DNA of 64,000 bases from Nitrosopumilus sp. (GCA_965223425.1 OZ245003.1:1472001-1536000), one strand, 5' to 3'. Counted from the first letter of the stretch, positions 54,201 to 64,000 are shown. Program-made: numbers and translations. Notes: generated by a model not told the origin, from the letters alone.

Positions 54201-54620
54201 AGTTATTGGTTCACGACCTGCAGTTATTGCACATCTAATCAGACCTTTGTTGTGGGTATTTGATTTTTCTCTTGCTTGTACAAAAATATCTGCAACCGTG
54301 TATGATTCTTTTTTTAATATGGAATATGTTGCTTTCCATTCGGTATCATTTTTGCTACAAAACAAACTGTTTAGAAATATTGCCATCGTTGATTTGCCAG
54401 AACCGTATGGTCCTGTAATGGATAACATCCTACCACTTTTAGCACCTCTAAGACCAGCTGAAAAACGCTCAATGATCTCTAACGTACTTGCACTAGGAAG
54501 ATAGTTCTTTAGTGTTGTAATGTCATCATTTTCTATATTTGTAGATACATATGACTTTGGTGGAATTGAGACAATACGAGATAATGGAATTGGTTTTCTG
54601 TTTTGTAAAGATGACTTCAA
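51276..54620 (-). CDS. sspC: large P-loop ATPase, SspC-like
   Basis: GPYGSGKS, IDEFGK, EWAKIQGRF, YGQHERTL and PPFGVK; overlaps the DUF4007 gene. Confidence 0.82.
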   Translation of the reverse strand: MKSSLQNRKPIPLSRIVSIPPKSYVSTNIENDDITTLKNYLPSASTLEIIERFSAGLRGAKSGRMLSITGPYGSGKSTMAIFLNSLFCSKNDTEWKATYSILKKESYTVADIFVQAREKSNTHNKGLIRCAITAGREPITATILRALDEGARKYFGRYSKKDFSQANILHQKIKDLQNNKTPSTKIITEIIVDMCKSAPMVIMIDEFGKNIEYFTTDETQQSDLFLLQALAEMSGPGRKIPLFIITLQHMAFEEYAVGASITQKKEWAKIQGRFEDIPFANSPDQARLLISNTMHLNLEEYGRDVKKWAKKEARQMQDLGIDSSSDSNLIASCYPLGSLALEVLPELCSRYGQHERTLLSFISDASKHTVATFIDNNSWNTQSPPTMGIDVLYDHFISGTSMIHSSSQNITRLMEIETIIRDSHGLSSLEIKTLKTIGILNLIGRSGYLRASRKILNYAIGYSAAQILHKLEKKSIITYRKYADEYRIWHGTDIDIAAKLIMYRKRYAKSHLADMLQEVISLEPVVAAKHSIKTGTMRLFERSFTITPQINLDDSYDGIIIHNTGNSVQFKCDKPVVTVTAGDTSDLKHAAIEVMAIRDILNNSEDVISDWVARRELEERLADAEIILDREFGTTYGSKAEWSYLKDRPAKQSGTPSAIVSKICDDVYDKTPPIHNEMINRTVLSSQGSAAKRKLLEYMINHTDKPNFGLEGYGPDRAVYDAIFIQYGIHVGTIGNDWELQEPKNPEIKPAWSAMIDEITKSNKRVPISAIYRVCRLPPFGVKDGVLAIFMVAILLIHKHNIALYEHGTYVPYMMTEIAERMIKNPDHFEVKYFKSTPSKKRLLKTVISDFEINSKGSVLDVVSHLVRIVSALSPYVKQTKDLDKDSLAVRDAVQNAIEPDTLLFESLPKALKFDLAHASVSDIEKFSKTLVKSKTRLQNKFLRTIEDIKELLLVSTGIDERNKLSKTASVMLQSVSDQKMKVFLTALSSDVLEKDEDWINYVALSLTDVPMMSWKDDDRKMFKNNLIEMSRKFKRLASIHFSDISDNFVKPSYQVTVTHADGREHHNVVSLRPKQKEEMQIIVQDIIKMIKKKGFKDKDMSALIAILSSKTTK

Positions 54621-55567
54621 TGTGTTAATGCCTCTACTTTTTGTTTTAATTTTCTTACAGGTTTTTTGTATATCAGGGAGAGTATTTCCATGGATGTATC
54701 TTGAGCCGAATCAAACATCAGGTGCTGCGTGCCGTTGACATTATCAATCTTTATCAAATTACAGTGATCAGATGCCTCTCTTAGCATCTCTGCAATATCG
54801 TTTTCGCCTATCTTGAAGATATTGCCAACGCTGCCGGGCTCTGTTGCCAGCCTGCTTACTGATACACTTTTTGATGTTATTTTGGCCTTGTCAATAAAGT
54901 CTAGGCACGCAAATGCGACCATTAGTGGTGAGAGCCCGTATTTTTTGCCAAATACAAACCGCATCATGTCCTTGGAGATCTGCTTTACCATGTGAAGCTG
55001 TCTGAACGGACAATCTAGATAATCCTCCATTGACATCTTGGCCTGTTTGGTGGTGTATGTGTGTATGAATACATCAATATCTTTTTTGATGGATTTTGGG
55101 CTAGGTGTCTTCCATTCAGATATGTTTGTAATGCGTGATATGACAGACTCTGTAACGTCATCAATCTTGATGTTTGTTGCTGCAAACTCGTTCATAACTA
55201 TCCACCATACTGGAATGCTACATGGTGGGGCAAAAAGCAGCCAGTGCAAGAGCCACAGTGTATCAGGCTTTTCAAGATATGGATCAAGACCTTTGTTGCT
55301 AAATATGGCATGTCCCATATCTGTTGGTATCATCGTCATGTTTTTGCCAGTACCACTTGCAGTAATTATCTTGTTTGCCATTGCCCAGAATCTTATTGCA
55401 CGAACCATATTCTTGCCAACCCCTAGCTTGATTGTAGCATTATCATGCAAAAAGATGCGACCATCTACGTTTATCTGATTGTATGCCTTTTTGAGCCAAC
55501 CATATCTGAGATGAAATGTTTCATGATGTGAAAATATTGGCGTTGTTACGGCATCAGTAATTAACAT
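54617..55567 (-). CDS. sspB: DUF4007 protein, SspB-like
   Basis: HETFHLRYGWLKK, LGVGKNMVRAIRFW and DPYLE..TLWLLHW motifs. Confidence 0.88.
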   Translation of the reverse strand: MLITDAVTTPIFSHHETFHLRYGWLKKAYNQINVDGRIFLHDNATIKLGVGKNMVRAIRFWAMANKIITASGTGKNMTMIPTDMGHAIFSNKGLDPYLEKPDTLWLLHWLLFAPPCSIPVWWIVMNEFAATNIKIDDVTESVISRITNISEWKTPSPKSIKKDIDVFIHTYTTKQAKMSMEDYLDCPFRQLHMVKQISKDMMRFVFGKKYGLSPLMVAFACLDFIDKAKITSKSVSVSRLATEPGSVGNIFKIGENDIAEMLREASDHCNLIKIDNVNGTQHLMFDSAQDTSMEILSLIYKKPVRKLKQKVEALTH

Positions 55568-56733
55568 TATCTTGCACTCTCTTTAATTTCAGATTCTTTA
55601 CCTCTTACATACTGTACAGCTTTGGTAATTACATCTATCGCAATATTCATATCGTTTTGTGTTGTTTGACGGCCAATCGATATGCGAATGCATTCATTTG
55701 CCTCATCTGTATTCAATCCCATTGCAATCAACACATGCGATGGTTCCATTGTAGCAGACGAACAAGCACTTCCTGTTGAAATTTCTATTTTCGGCGCATT
55801 TGCAATTACAGCATCTGCAAGAGCGCCTTTTATTCTAATGTTTGATGTGTTTGGCAAACGATTTGCATTTTTGCCGTTGATTGTTACATCTGGAATATTT
55901 TTGGTAATATTTTCTTCAAAGTAATCTCTGAGATTTTGTTGCAGTACCGCATCATCTTCTTGTTTGTTTATTGCGATATCGCAGGCTTTACCAAATCCCA
56001 CTATTCCCGGAACGTTTAGTGTTCCACTGCGCATGTTGTTTTCTTGCCCGCCACCATAAAGAATTCCCCGCATCTGTTTTCGGGCATCTCTTGTGGCAAC
56101 AAGTGCACCGCATCCCTTTGGACCATAAATTTTATGGCTACTAAACGTCATAAAATCAATATCAAGTTCTCCCGCATCAAAAGGAATTTTTCCAATGGCT
56201 TGTGTGGCATCACAGTGAATTAGTGCATTATGCGCATGTACTTTTTGCACGATTTCTTTAATTGGATGAATTACACCAGTTTCACTGTTTGCTGCCATAA
56301 CTGATACAATATCTGTATGTCCGTTAAGCAATTCCTTGTCTAATTCATAAAGATCAAGTGTGCCATCACGGTTGACCGGAATCTTTTTGACTACTGCACC
56401 CTGTTCTGACATAAATCTGCACGGCTCTAAGACAGATTTGTGTTCTGTGGCCCCAATTATAGTGCATAATGGTTTTTTCTGATTGAGGGATAACCCATAA
56501 AAGACCATGTTGTTTGCCTCAGTAGCTCCGGATGTAAATATGACATCTGCTGGTTTCATGCCGACAATGTTTGAGACACGATAGCGTGCCTCTGCTACTA
56601 GCTCTGATGCAATTCGTCCTGTTTCATGATTCCCACTTGACGGGTTTCCAAAATTTTTATCAAATACAGGAGTCATTGATTCGATGACACGCCGATCTGT
56701 TGGGGTAGTGGCATTATAATCTAGATAAGGCAT
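55567..56733 (-). CDS. sspA: cysteine desulfurase (SspA/IscS-like)
   Basis: YLDYNATTP, SSHKIYGPKG, RSGT and GSACSS; coupled to DUF4007. Confidence 0.88.
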   Translation of the reverse strand: MPYLDYNATTPTDRRVIESMTPVFDKNFGNPSSGNHETGRIASELVAEARYRVSNIVGMKPADVIFTSGATEANNMVFYGLSLNQKKPLCTIIGATEHKSVLEPCRFMSEQGAVVKKIPVNRDGTLDLYELDKELLNGHTDIVSVMAANSETGVIHPIKEIVQKVHAHNALIHCDATQAIGKIPFDAGELDIDFMTFSSHKIYGPKGCGALVATRDARKQMRGILYGGGQENNMRSGTLNVPGIVGFGKACDIAINKQEDDAVLQQNLRDYFEENITKNIPDVTINGKNANRLPNTSNIRIKGALADAVIANAPKIEISTGSACSSATMEPSHVLIAMGLNTDEANECIRISIGRQTTQNDMNIAIDVITKAVQYVRGKESEIKESAR

Positions 56734-57189
56734 CCGTTATCAATTGATAATTGCCGATATTTTACACTTCGGTTAGATTAGAATTATACGGATAATCAAC
56801 CCTAGATCAAAGATCCTCTTGTTGTAATGTGGCAAAGATTTAAGGTTCGAACTTGTACCCTCAGTACGGGCAGATCTGATCGCATTCTGTCCACACTTTA
56901 TGCCACATCCTTATATCATGTTGCAGTGCAAGTACCAACAGAACATAATGGTAGGTCACAGAAAAATGTGGTCTGCTAACTGTATGACATTAATCCCTGC
57001 TAGTTCACATTTTAACGGTCTAATGAGGTTTCTAGTCTGTTTCATAACTCTTCCCCCACGGGTGTCTGATCCCACAGTATAACTTGGCAGTAATCAAGAC
57101 TGACTACGGTTTTACATGAACTTTTAGTCACACGCCTAAACTAGATACACATTTGAAAAATGGTTTTAGTTTTATGTCAAAAATTAATT

Positions 57190-57603
57190 TTAAGACAAAG
57201 ACTCAGAGACATCAGATTCAATAATATTTTTCATGGAAACAATCATTTCTCCGATTTCAGATATCCTTTGATCAAATTGATCATCGGTTAGTTCATCAGG
57301 CTTGTTCAAAGTGATTACAACTTCAGAAAAATCACCACTAGTTACTACACGCATAGGAACGTTCCAAGAAGATTCTTCGTCAACATACTGGTGATCTAAG
57401 ATTCCAAGATTTTTGTTTTCGTTAAATTTGAGGCGTGATTTACCGTGAGGACCAGTAAAAGACCACCAGCCATCGTCACCTTGTTTTGCATCAGGCATCA
57501 TTTTGGGAGGAACCTGTAAAATTGCATCAAATGCATCACCTGTTTTCTTTTTTACAACAATGGAAATGGTTCTAGATCTAGTCACAATAAAAAGATCAAA
57601 CAA
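57190..57603 (-). CDS. SRPBCC-like hypothetical protein
   Basis: LGILDH...VPMRVV pattern; start uncertain. Confidence 0.6.
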   Translation of the reverse strand: MFDLFIVTRSRTISIVVKKKTGDAFDAILQVPPKMMPDAKQGDDGWWSFTGPHGKSRLKFNENKNLGILDHQYVDEESSWNVPMRVVTSGDFSEVVITLNKPDELTDDQFDQRISEIGEMIVSMKNIIESDVSESLS

Positions 57604-57632
57604 TGATTAAAAAAGATATAGTAGCAATCATC

Positions 57633-59158
57633 GTATGAATTCACCTACCCTGCCTAATCAAAAAATTTGATCATCTGATCCATATATTGCCTGTTTGCTA
57701 CCATTTTCATGGGGTCAAGGCCGACAAACAGGGAACTTGAAGAGACCCTGCGTTCTGCTACAGACAGGATAGCAACACTCCAGTCAAAATTTAATGTACT
57801 GCTAGATAAAAACAAACAACAAGAAAGGGCCATCGAGTATTACCAGCGCATGTTATCATACTATCAAAATCCCAACACCCCGCCGTCTGCTGACTCGCTT
57901 GAATGGAAGAGGCAAAAGAGGGAGCGTGCACAGCAAAGAAAAGACGGGGAGGGCAACGACAACAACAACGGCAAGCCCGGCGGCAGGACAGGGCACGCCG
58001 GAGTATCGCGGCATCACAGCCCACAGAGAAGACAGCGGCACGACTTTGAGCGCAGACAATCAGGCAGAAGCACCAAAAGAATCCTTCCAAGATGCAGGTG
58101 CGGCAAGGCCATGGTTTTGGGCGACCCCCGCGTACGGGACATCATCGAGATGGAGGTCACCGCACACGAGACCCGCCACCGCATAGAGACTGCAGTCTGC
58201 ACGTCGTGCGGCCATACAGAGGAGGCGCCAAACGGCGACCTGCCAAGACTCGGATCGTACGGCAAGAAGATGGCAGGGTTTGTCTCTGAGCTGCGCGCCG
58301 CCCGCGTCCCGCTCAAGGTCATACCGCGCATCATACACTCTGTTGCCAGAGTCAGCATGTCTGCCTCCACTGCAAACAGCATCATGGCACGCACCGCAGA
58401 CGCGCTGGAAGGCCAGGCATCTGAGATAGCAAAGAACGTGGCCAAATCAGAAAGCGCCGGGTTTGATGAGACCATGCATCGCGACTGCGGCACCAAAAAG
58501 CAGACGAACGTGGCCCAGTCCGGGAAAAACATCTCGATACAGATCAGCCCAAGCAGGGCCACCCTGATGCTTGATTCGATGGACTATGACGGCATAGCGG
58601 TAACTGACGCATACAGGGGGTACGACAGGTTCAATGCAGAGGACAGACACCAGCTGTGCTGGTCGCACGACATACGCAAGGCAAAAACCCTGGCAGAAAA
58701 ATACGATCCCCTCTTGGATGACGGCAGGCGGAAAAAACGGCGGCAGTACCTCGAGGACCTGCGGTTTGTGTTCAAGGAGGCAAAACACGTCGCACGGCTG
58801 GGGGCGCACTCGCGGAGGCAGCGGCACGTCATGGAGGACACCCTGGCAGACGTTCTTGACCGGTACTGCGGCACGGATGATGCAGACCTGCACAAGCTTG
58901 TCATGATGATGTACCGGCACCTTCCGCACCTGTTTACGTTTGTCCAGTACGCCGGGGTGGAGCCGACTAACAACGCATCAGAGAGGGCGCTGCGCTATAT
59001 GGTGGTGTTCCGGAAGATAAGCGGGCAGACCAAGGGCGGCAGCAAGTCCATGAAGCGCCTAGGAGATTTTGTAAGCTGCGTCCTGACGTGGCAGAATCAC
59101 GGCAAGAGCGTGGCGCAAGAGGTTGCCAGACTGATATAAGGGGCAGGTGAACTCATAC
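57633..59158 (+). mobile_element. intact IS66-family element (single TnpC, 57709-59139)
   Basis: TIRs GTATGAATTCAC/GTGAACTCATAC; 8-bp TSD CAATCATC; DET, QLCWSH and PTNNASER motifs. Confidence 0.95.
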
Positions 59159-59189
59159 CAATCATCAATCATCGGAACTCGCTTTGAGT

Positions 59190-59366
59190 CTATTTGTTAA
59201 GGAACTCTTTGACTTTCTTGAGATTAGCGACATTTGATTCGTGAAACATAACCATGGATTCAGCTAAAGAGTTTGGCAAGACGGTTTTTAAATTGGCAAC
59301 TAGTTCATCGCCACTAGTTATCATATTATCAATAAGTTTTTCAATCTCATTTTTCTCATCATCCAT
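59190..59366 (-). CDS. small hypothetical protein (58 aa, absent from ORF track)
   Basis: MDDEKNEIEKLIDNMI...EFLNK. Confidence 0.55.
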   Translation of the reverse strand: MDDEKNEIEKLIDNMITSGDELVANLKTVLPNSLAESMVMFHESNVANLKKVKEFLNK

Positions 59367-59388
59367 TATAATGGAATAAGAGATAATC

Positions 59389-59622
59389 TTAATTATCTTT
59401 TTTTATTAGAGTGGCAGTAGAGCGCACTTTGTCTAATGTTTGAATATTCCAAGAAACAATTTCTCGTATCTTTTCAAAATTTTCTGCCTGTAATTTTACT
59501 AACATGTCATGAGTCCCAATTGTCTCAAAAACATCAGTTACTTGTTCAATCTCCCTTAATTTTTCAACGATACCTTCTTCGGCGCCCAATTCACAATTTA
59601 ACATTACATAAGCATCAGTCAT
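59389..59622 (-). CDS. Lrp/AsnC ligand-binding-domain protein
   Basis: AYVMLNC, GTHD and VRSTATLI motifs. Confidence 0.85.
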   Translation of the reverse strand: MTDAYVMLNCELGAEEGIVEKLREIEQVTDVFETIGTHDMLVKLQAENFEKIREIVSWNIQTLDKVRSTATLIKKDN

Positions 59623-59674
59623 GAATTAAACAACGAATCGTGATTATTTAAATCTGGAGAACTTTAGGTGTAGC

Positions 59675-60322
59675 TTACCAAGTTACATGAACTAAATCTT
59701 TTAAATTTCTTCGTGGTTTTGGGAATTTGGTTTGTTTTGGATATCCAATGCACAGTACAGAAGACGGGACCAAATCAGTTCCAACAACATCCATTACTTT
59801 TTGTTCATCGAACATGCCAATCCAAATTGAGCTTAATCCTAATGCCTGAGATGCAAGCTGAGAATATCCTGCAGCTAAAGTTGCATCCTGAATGGCAAAT
59901 TTTTTGAGAACATAGTCAGGAAAATCAAATTTAACCCTAGAAGGGTTTTTACAGAAAACCAGGACAACAGGAGCATTAACATAAGGCTGATTATTGCATG
60001 CCTCAACTAGAAGCTTTTTCTTTTCTGGACTTTTTACATAAAAAATTTCGAATCCCTGATAGTTTCCAGCAGTCGGTGCAGTATCAGCTGCTGCAATAAT
60101 TTTATCAATCTTTGTTGTTTCAACTGGCTTGTCTGAAAATTTTCTAGTAGAGCGTCTCTTTGCCATCACAGCAAACAAGTCAGTATCAATGATTTCAGTT
60201 GGTCCTGATTTTAAGATAAAATCAAGTAATTGGTTTCGCAGGTTTGGATCAGCTGATTTGGGAGTTTCTTGAGGTTCATAACCCCGGGGATAGATTCTTT
60301 CTGCAGTATCTTCTGGAGCCAT
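59675..60322 (-). CDS. nitroreductase family protein
   Basis: RRSTRKF, APTAGN and LGLSSIWIG motifs. Confidence 0.9.
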   Translation of the reverse strand: MAPEDTAERIYPRGYEPQETPKSADPNLRNQLLDFILKSGPTEIIDTDLFAVMAKRRSTRKFSDKPVETTKIDKIIAAADTAPTAGNYQGFEIFYVKSPEKKKLLVEACNNQPYVNAPVVLVFCKNPSRVKFDFPDYVLKKFAIQDATLAAGYSQLASQALGLSSIWIGMFDEQKVMDVVGTDLVPSSVLCIGYPKQTKFPKPRRNLKDLVHVTW

Positions 60323-60366
60323 AAAAGAATTACAAGAAATATCCTATTAAATAATTGCAAATAAAT

Positions 60367-60552
60367 TCATTCAGATTCAAAATTATCACAGCCAGAAGTA
60401 CATGGCTTGTTCATAACTCCCTCACATTTTCCCAATTCATCGTGCATAATTCTATGATGACTGCAAATCTTGCATTTTTCTCTAAAATGAGCAATTAGTT
60501 CAGCAGTGGAGATTCCTGAATCTTGAATTTTTGATTCAACTTCCTGTGTCAC
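60367..60552 (-). CDS. small Cys/His-rich protein
   Basis: CKICSHHRIMH...C...C..GC. Confidence 0.55.
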   Translation of the reverse strand: MTQEVESKIQDSGISTAELIAHFREKCKICSHHRIMHDELGKCEGVMNKPCTSGCDNFESE

Positions 60553-60587
60553 AATAATTTGAGATTTGGCGTCATAAATGAATGAAG

Positions 60588-60669
60588 CGCCGGGAGAGAG
60601 ATTCGAACTCCCGCACGCTTGCGCGTAGCCGTTTTCGAGACGGCCGCCTTACCACTTGGCTATCCCGGC
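60588..60669 (-). tRNA. tRNA-Ser(CGA)
   Basis: GCCGGGA acceptor stem, GCCGT-CTCGAAA-ACGGC anticodon arm, long variable arm, GTTCGAATC T-loop. Confidence 0.95.
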
Positions 60670-60703
60670 AACTTTTCTTAGATTTTCCCCATAATAAAGC
60701 AAA

Positions 60704-60997
60704 TCAGAATAATCTAGATGTTTTATCGACATCAAATAGTTCATCACTGAATTTCTTTTTGATTTGTTCTTTGGTTTTATTCCATTCATCTTCATTTACT
60801 GTACCTGTAAAGATGGGATGAAACACATCAGAAGAAGTGATGTTCAAGATGGGGCAGATCTCCTGTTTTTCTGACTCTGATAGAGGAAAGTAAGAAACAA
60901 TCTTTGAAATCGTTTCATCTGGTTCAAATCGTACTTCAAAAATTTTGTCTTCTAAACGGAAAGGCAGTTTTAGTTTTGCCATACCAACAGGAAACAT
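60704..60997 (-). CDS. hypothetical protein
   Basis: ORF upstream of the tRNA. Confidence 0.6.
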   Translation of the reverse strand: MFPVGMAKLKLPFRLEDKIFEVRFEPDETISKIVSYFPLSESEKQEICPILNITSSDVFHPIFTGTVNEDEWNKTKEQIKKKFSDELFDVDKTSRLF

Positions 60998-61049
60998 CGA
61001 TCAGGTATAAAGAACAAACACAAAAAAGCACAAAATTACAACAAATTCC

Positions 61050-62072
61050 ATGGGACTGAACCTAAAGGATTTGGTAGCAAGGGAGAAAACAACTTTGGAG
61101 GCATTTTCAACCAAAATAATTGCAATTGATGCATACAATGCAATATACCAATTTCTTGCAAGTATCAGAGGCCCTGATGGACTACAGTTATCAGATTCGG
61201 AGGGAAGAATCACAAGTCATCTAAGTGGACTCCTTTACAGAAATGTCAATTTTTTGTCTTTAGGAATAAAACCAGTTTACGTCTTTGATGGAAAACCACC
61301 GTCATTAAAAACAGCAGAAATTGAGCGCAGAAAGCAGATCAAAAAAGATGCAACTGTCAAATACGAAAAAGCAATCGCCGAAGGAAACATGGAAGACGCT
61401 AGAAAATATGCACAACAAACAACTAGTATGAAAGACGGGATGGTAAAAGAATCAAAACAGTTTTTGACATATTTTGGCATTCCATACATAGAAGCGCCAT
61501 CAGAGGGGGAGGCAACGGCTGCACATCTAACAAACACAGGGCAAGCGTATGCTTCTGCAAGTCAAGATTTTGATTCTATCCTGTGCGGTGCAAAAAGACT
61601 GGTGAGAAATTTTACAAACAGTGGACGAAGAAAAATACCAAACAAAAATACCTACATCGATATTGTTCCAGAAATAATTGAAACGCAAAAAACACTAGAT
61701 GCATTACAACTAACAAGAGAAGAGTTAATTGATGTTGGAATTTTAATCGGAACTGATTTTAATCCAAATGGCTTTGACAGAATTGGACCAAAGACTGCGC
61801 TAAAAATGATAAAACAGCATTCAAGACTAGAAGACATTCCACAAATTCAAGAACAACTACAAGAAATTGATTTTCAGCAAATACGAAAAATCTTTTTGAA
61901 TCCGGAAGTAAGTGATGTGGATGAAATTGTTTTTGGGAAAGTTGATTATGAAGAAGTCACAAATTACTTGGTAAAGGAAAGAAGCTTTTCAGAAGACAGA
62001 GTTCAATCAACTCTGAACAGACTAAAAAAAGCCCTGGAAAAAAAGAGTCAAAACCTAGATCAATGGTTTTAG
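61050..62072 (+). CDS. fen: flap endonuclease 1
   Basis: [23 protein letters not shown] and GTDFN motifs; PIP box QNLDQWF. Confidence 0.97.
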   Translation: MGLNLKDLVAREKTTLEAFSTKIIAIDAYNAIYQFLASIRGPDGLQLSDSEGRITSHLSGLLYRNVNFLSLGIKPVYVFDGKPPSLKTAEIERRKQIKKDATVKYEKAIAEGNMEDARKYAQQTTSMKDGMVKESKQFLTYFGIPYIEAPSEGEATAAHLTNTGQAYASASQDFDSILCGAKRLVRNFTNSGRRKIPNKNTYIDIVPEIIETQKTLDALQLTREELIDVGILIGTDFNPNGFDRIGPKTALKMIKQHSRLEDIPQIQEQLQEIDFQQIRKIFLNPEVSDVDEIVFGKVDYEEVTNYLVKERSFSEDRVQSTLNRLKKALEKKSQNLDQWF

Positions 62073-62111
62073 AAATTTTAATTTAATAACTAGATAATTT
62101 AATTTTAGAAG

Positions 62112-62645
62112 ATGCCTCAAACAGAAGCAAGAAAGACGCTAAAAGACGCTCCTGTGATGTGGAGGAGGATAAACTCGATTGGAATAATTCTAGATTGTAA
62201 CTCCACGTATGCGGCCAACCTAGGATATGCCAAATCAGAGATTCTAGGCAGGCCAATTTTTGAACACGTGCCTAAAGAGTCGTGGGAGGCCATGAATGAT
62301 TCTCTTAAAACATGGTTTGAGACAGGAAAAGTTACTGACAGGAAAATTACTTTCAAGAGACAGGATGGGAGTACATTTTCAGGATTGTTACAAGCCACAA
62401 GCATCTATGATGAGAATAAAAATTTGATTGGAAGCAACACCATTATTTTTAATTTGACACAAATGGGCGAAGGGGAAATAAAAGTGTATGAAGAATTTTT
62501 CAAAAAAGCAAATACAAAACTAGATGAAATCAAAGAAAAAGAATATGATCAGTTAGATAAGAACTCAAAATCAGAATACGATGGACTCAAAAAAATGTTT
62601 GAGATGATTTCCAGTACGGATTTAAAAGAGTTGAAGACCCAATGA
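62112..62645 (+). CDS. PAS-domain protein
   Basis: LGYAKSEILGRPI and RQDGS motifs. Confidence 0.8.
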   Translation: MPQTEARKTLKDAPVMWRRINSIGIILDCNSTYAANLGYAKSEILGRPIFEHVPKESWEAMNDSLKTWFETGKVTDRKITFKRQDGSTFSGLLQATSIYDENKNLIGSNTIIFNLTQMGEGEIKVYEEFFKKANTKLDEIKEKEYDQLDKNSKSEYDGLKKMFEMISSTDLKELKTQ

Positions 62646-62646
62646 A

Positions 62647-64000
62647 TCATTTTGAATTGTCTTTAACTGATTTTTGAAGTTCATCAAATGCACTCTGCAC
62701 TTCAGTTACAGCTGTCCCATCCTCTAAAGTACTTACATCTCCAATTTTTTCATTATTAGCAATTGCCTTTAGCAATCGTCGCATGATTTTTCCACTACGT
62801 GTCTTTGGAAGTTTTGTTACAAAATAGATTTGTTTGGGAGTTGCAATTGCGCCAATATCCTCTCGTATTTTATACGAAAGTTCTTGTTCTAACACATCAG
62901 GGCTTGTTGTCACATTTTGTTTTAGGACAACAAATGAAATAATTGCCTCACCTTTGACTTCGTCAGGAATTCCACACACTGCAGATTCTGCCACATCAGG
63001 ATGAGACACAACGCAGCTCTCAAGTTCTGCAGTTCCTATTCTGTGTCCTGCCACTTTAAGCACATCATCTGCACGTCCAAGTAGCCAAACATATCCATCA
63101 TCGTCTTTTAGTGCATAATCACCAGGATAGTAGCAGTTTTCATATTTTGACCAATAAACGGTTTTGTATTTTTCATCATCGCCCCACAGCGTCAAAAGCA
63201 TTCCAGGCCACGGATTTTTAATTACAAGATAGCCTTTTGTGTTTGGGGGCACGTCGGTTCCAGATTCATCAACTACGGCAATATTCATGCCTGGAATTGG
63301 ACGAGTACCAGAACCTGGCTTGAGCGGAATTGTCTCCAGACCAGGCAGAGGGGAAATCAAGATCCCTCCGGTTTCAGTTTGCCACCACGTATCAACAATT
63401 GGGCATTTTTCTTTTCCAATAGTCTTGAAATACCACCTCCATACCTCCGGATTAATTGGTTCTCCCACAGTTCCAAGTAATCGTAACGAAGAAAGATCAA
63501 AAGAGTTTGGAAGATCGTCGCCAAATTTCATAAACATTCGAAGAGCAGTTGGAGTAGTGTAAAAAATTGTAGCTTTGTATTTTTGTAAGATATCCCACAT
63601 TCTTGATGCATCAGGGTAGTCAGGTGCGCCTTCGTAGATTATTTCAGTGGCACCATGAAGTAGCGGGGCATAAACAACATAGCTATGACCAGTGACCCAG
63701 CCAATATCAGCAGTGCAAAAAAAGATATCAGAATCTTTGATGTCAAATGCCCACTTGAATGTAGAATGTAAATGAGTAAGATACCCACCAGTGCCATGCA
63801 GAACTCCTTTTGGTTTTCCCGTGGTTCCGGAGGTATACAATATGTAAAGGGGATGATTGCTGTCTAATTTTTCTGCATCACAAGAATCAGAAATGTTGTC
63901 CATCAGATCATTCCAAAATTTATCTTTTGATGTCATGGAGATTTCATTGTTTGTTCTATTAAGAACTATGACATGCTGCACAAAATCAAAATCTTTGATT
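62647..64000 (-). CDS. acs: acetyl-CoA synthetase (5' end outside window)
   Basis: YTSGTTGKPKG, DTWWQTETG and LPKTRSGK motifs. Confidence 0.93.
   Translation of the reverse strand, partial: IKDFDFVQHVIVLNRTNNEISMTSKDKFWNDLMDNISDSCDAEKLDSNHPLYILYTSGTTGKPKGVLHGTGGYLTHLHSTFKWAFDIKDSDIFFCTADIGWVTGHSYVVYAPLLHGATEIIYEGAPDYPDASRMWDILQKYKATIFYTTPTALRMFMKFGDDLPNSFDLSSLRLLGTVGEPINPEVWRWYFKTIGKEKCPIVDTWWQTETGGILISPLPGLETIPLKPGSGTRPIPGMNIAVVDESGTDVPPNTKGYLVIKNPWPGMLLTLWGDDEKYKTVYWSKYENCYYPGDYALKDDDGYVWLLGRADDVLKVAGHRIGTAELESCVVSHPDVAESAVCGIPDEVKGEAIISFVVLKQNVTTSPDVLEQELSYKIREDIGAIATPKQIYFVTKLPKTRSGKIMRRLLKAIANNEKIGDVSTLEDGTAVTEVQSAFDELQKSVKDNSK

Noticed and set aside
49245-56733. Housekeeping sulfate assimilation (CysH) or Fe-S assembly (IscS)
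   Set aside because: Coupling to DUF4007 and the large ATPase fits Ssp; no other cys or isc genes are adjacent.
60588-60669. tRNA-Ser as the integration site of the defence island
   Set aside because: No duplicated tRNA 3' end or integrase seen, and host-like genes lie between the tRNA and the island.
60582-60821. 79-aa ORF MKRRERDSNSR...
   Set aside because: Antisense reading of tRNA-Ser.
1-64000. CRISPR array or cas genes
   Set aside because: No regularly spaced repeats or cas motifs seen by eye.

Overview
AT-rich archaeal DNA, most consistent with Nitrosopumilaceae (Thaumarchaeota), inferred from gene content: EF-2, FEN1, MqnD/MqnE, PAC2, JAMM, SOD, Lrp regulators, tRNA-Ser(CGA) and Acs. 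GC-richer insertion sequences (IS66, IS630, IS5-like, IS110/IS1111 and two MITE types) are dense and several are nested. Two regions stand out. (1) 28.5-31.3 kb: two apparently identical IS1111-type IS110 elements sit at the same TA dinucleotide in each terminal repeat of an 80-bp IS66-derived MITE. The element's 3' end contains segments matching both the target and the donor junction, suggesting an archaeal bridge-RNA recombinase that targets IS66 ends. (2) 42.5-56.7 kb: a defence island with an SspABCD-type DNA phosphorothioation operon and no sspE. It faces a convergent YwbE-Schlafen / PLD nuclease / SF2 helicase / GHKL ATPase module whose helicase is interrupted by IS630, and it also carries a DUF3800-like gene followed by a candidate structured RNA. 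All family calls come from motif recognition by eye; no searches or alignments were run.
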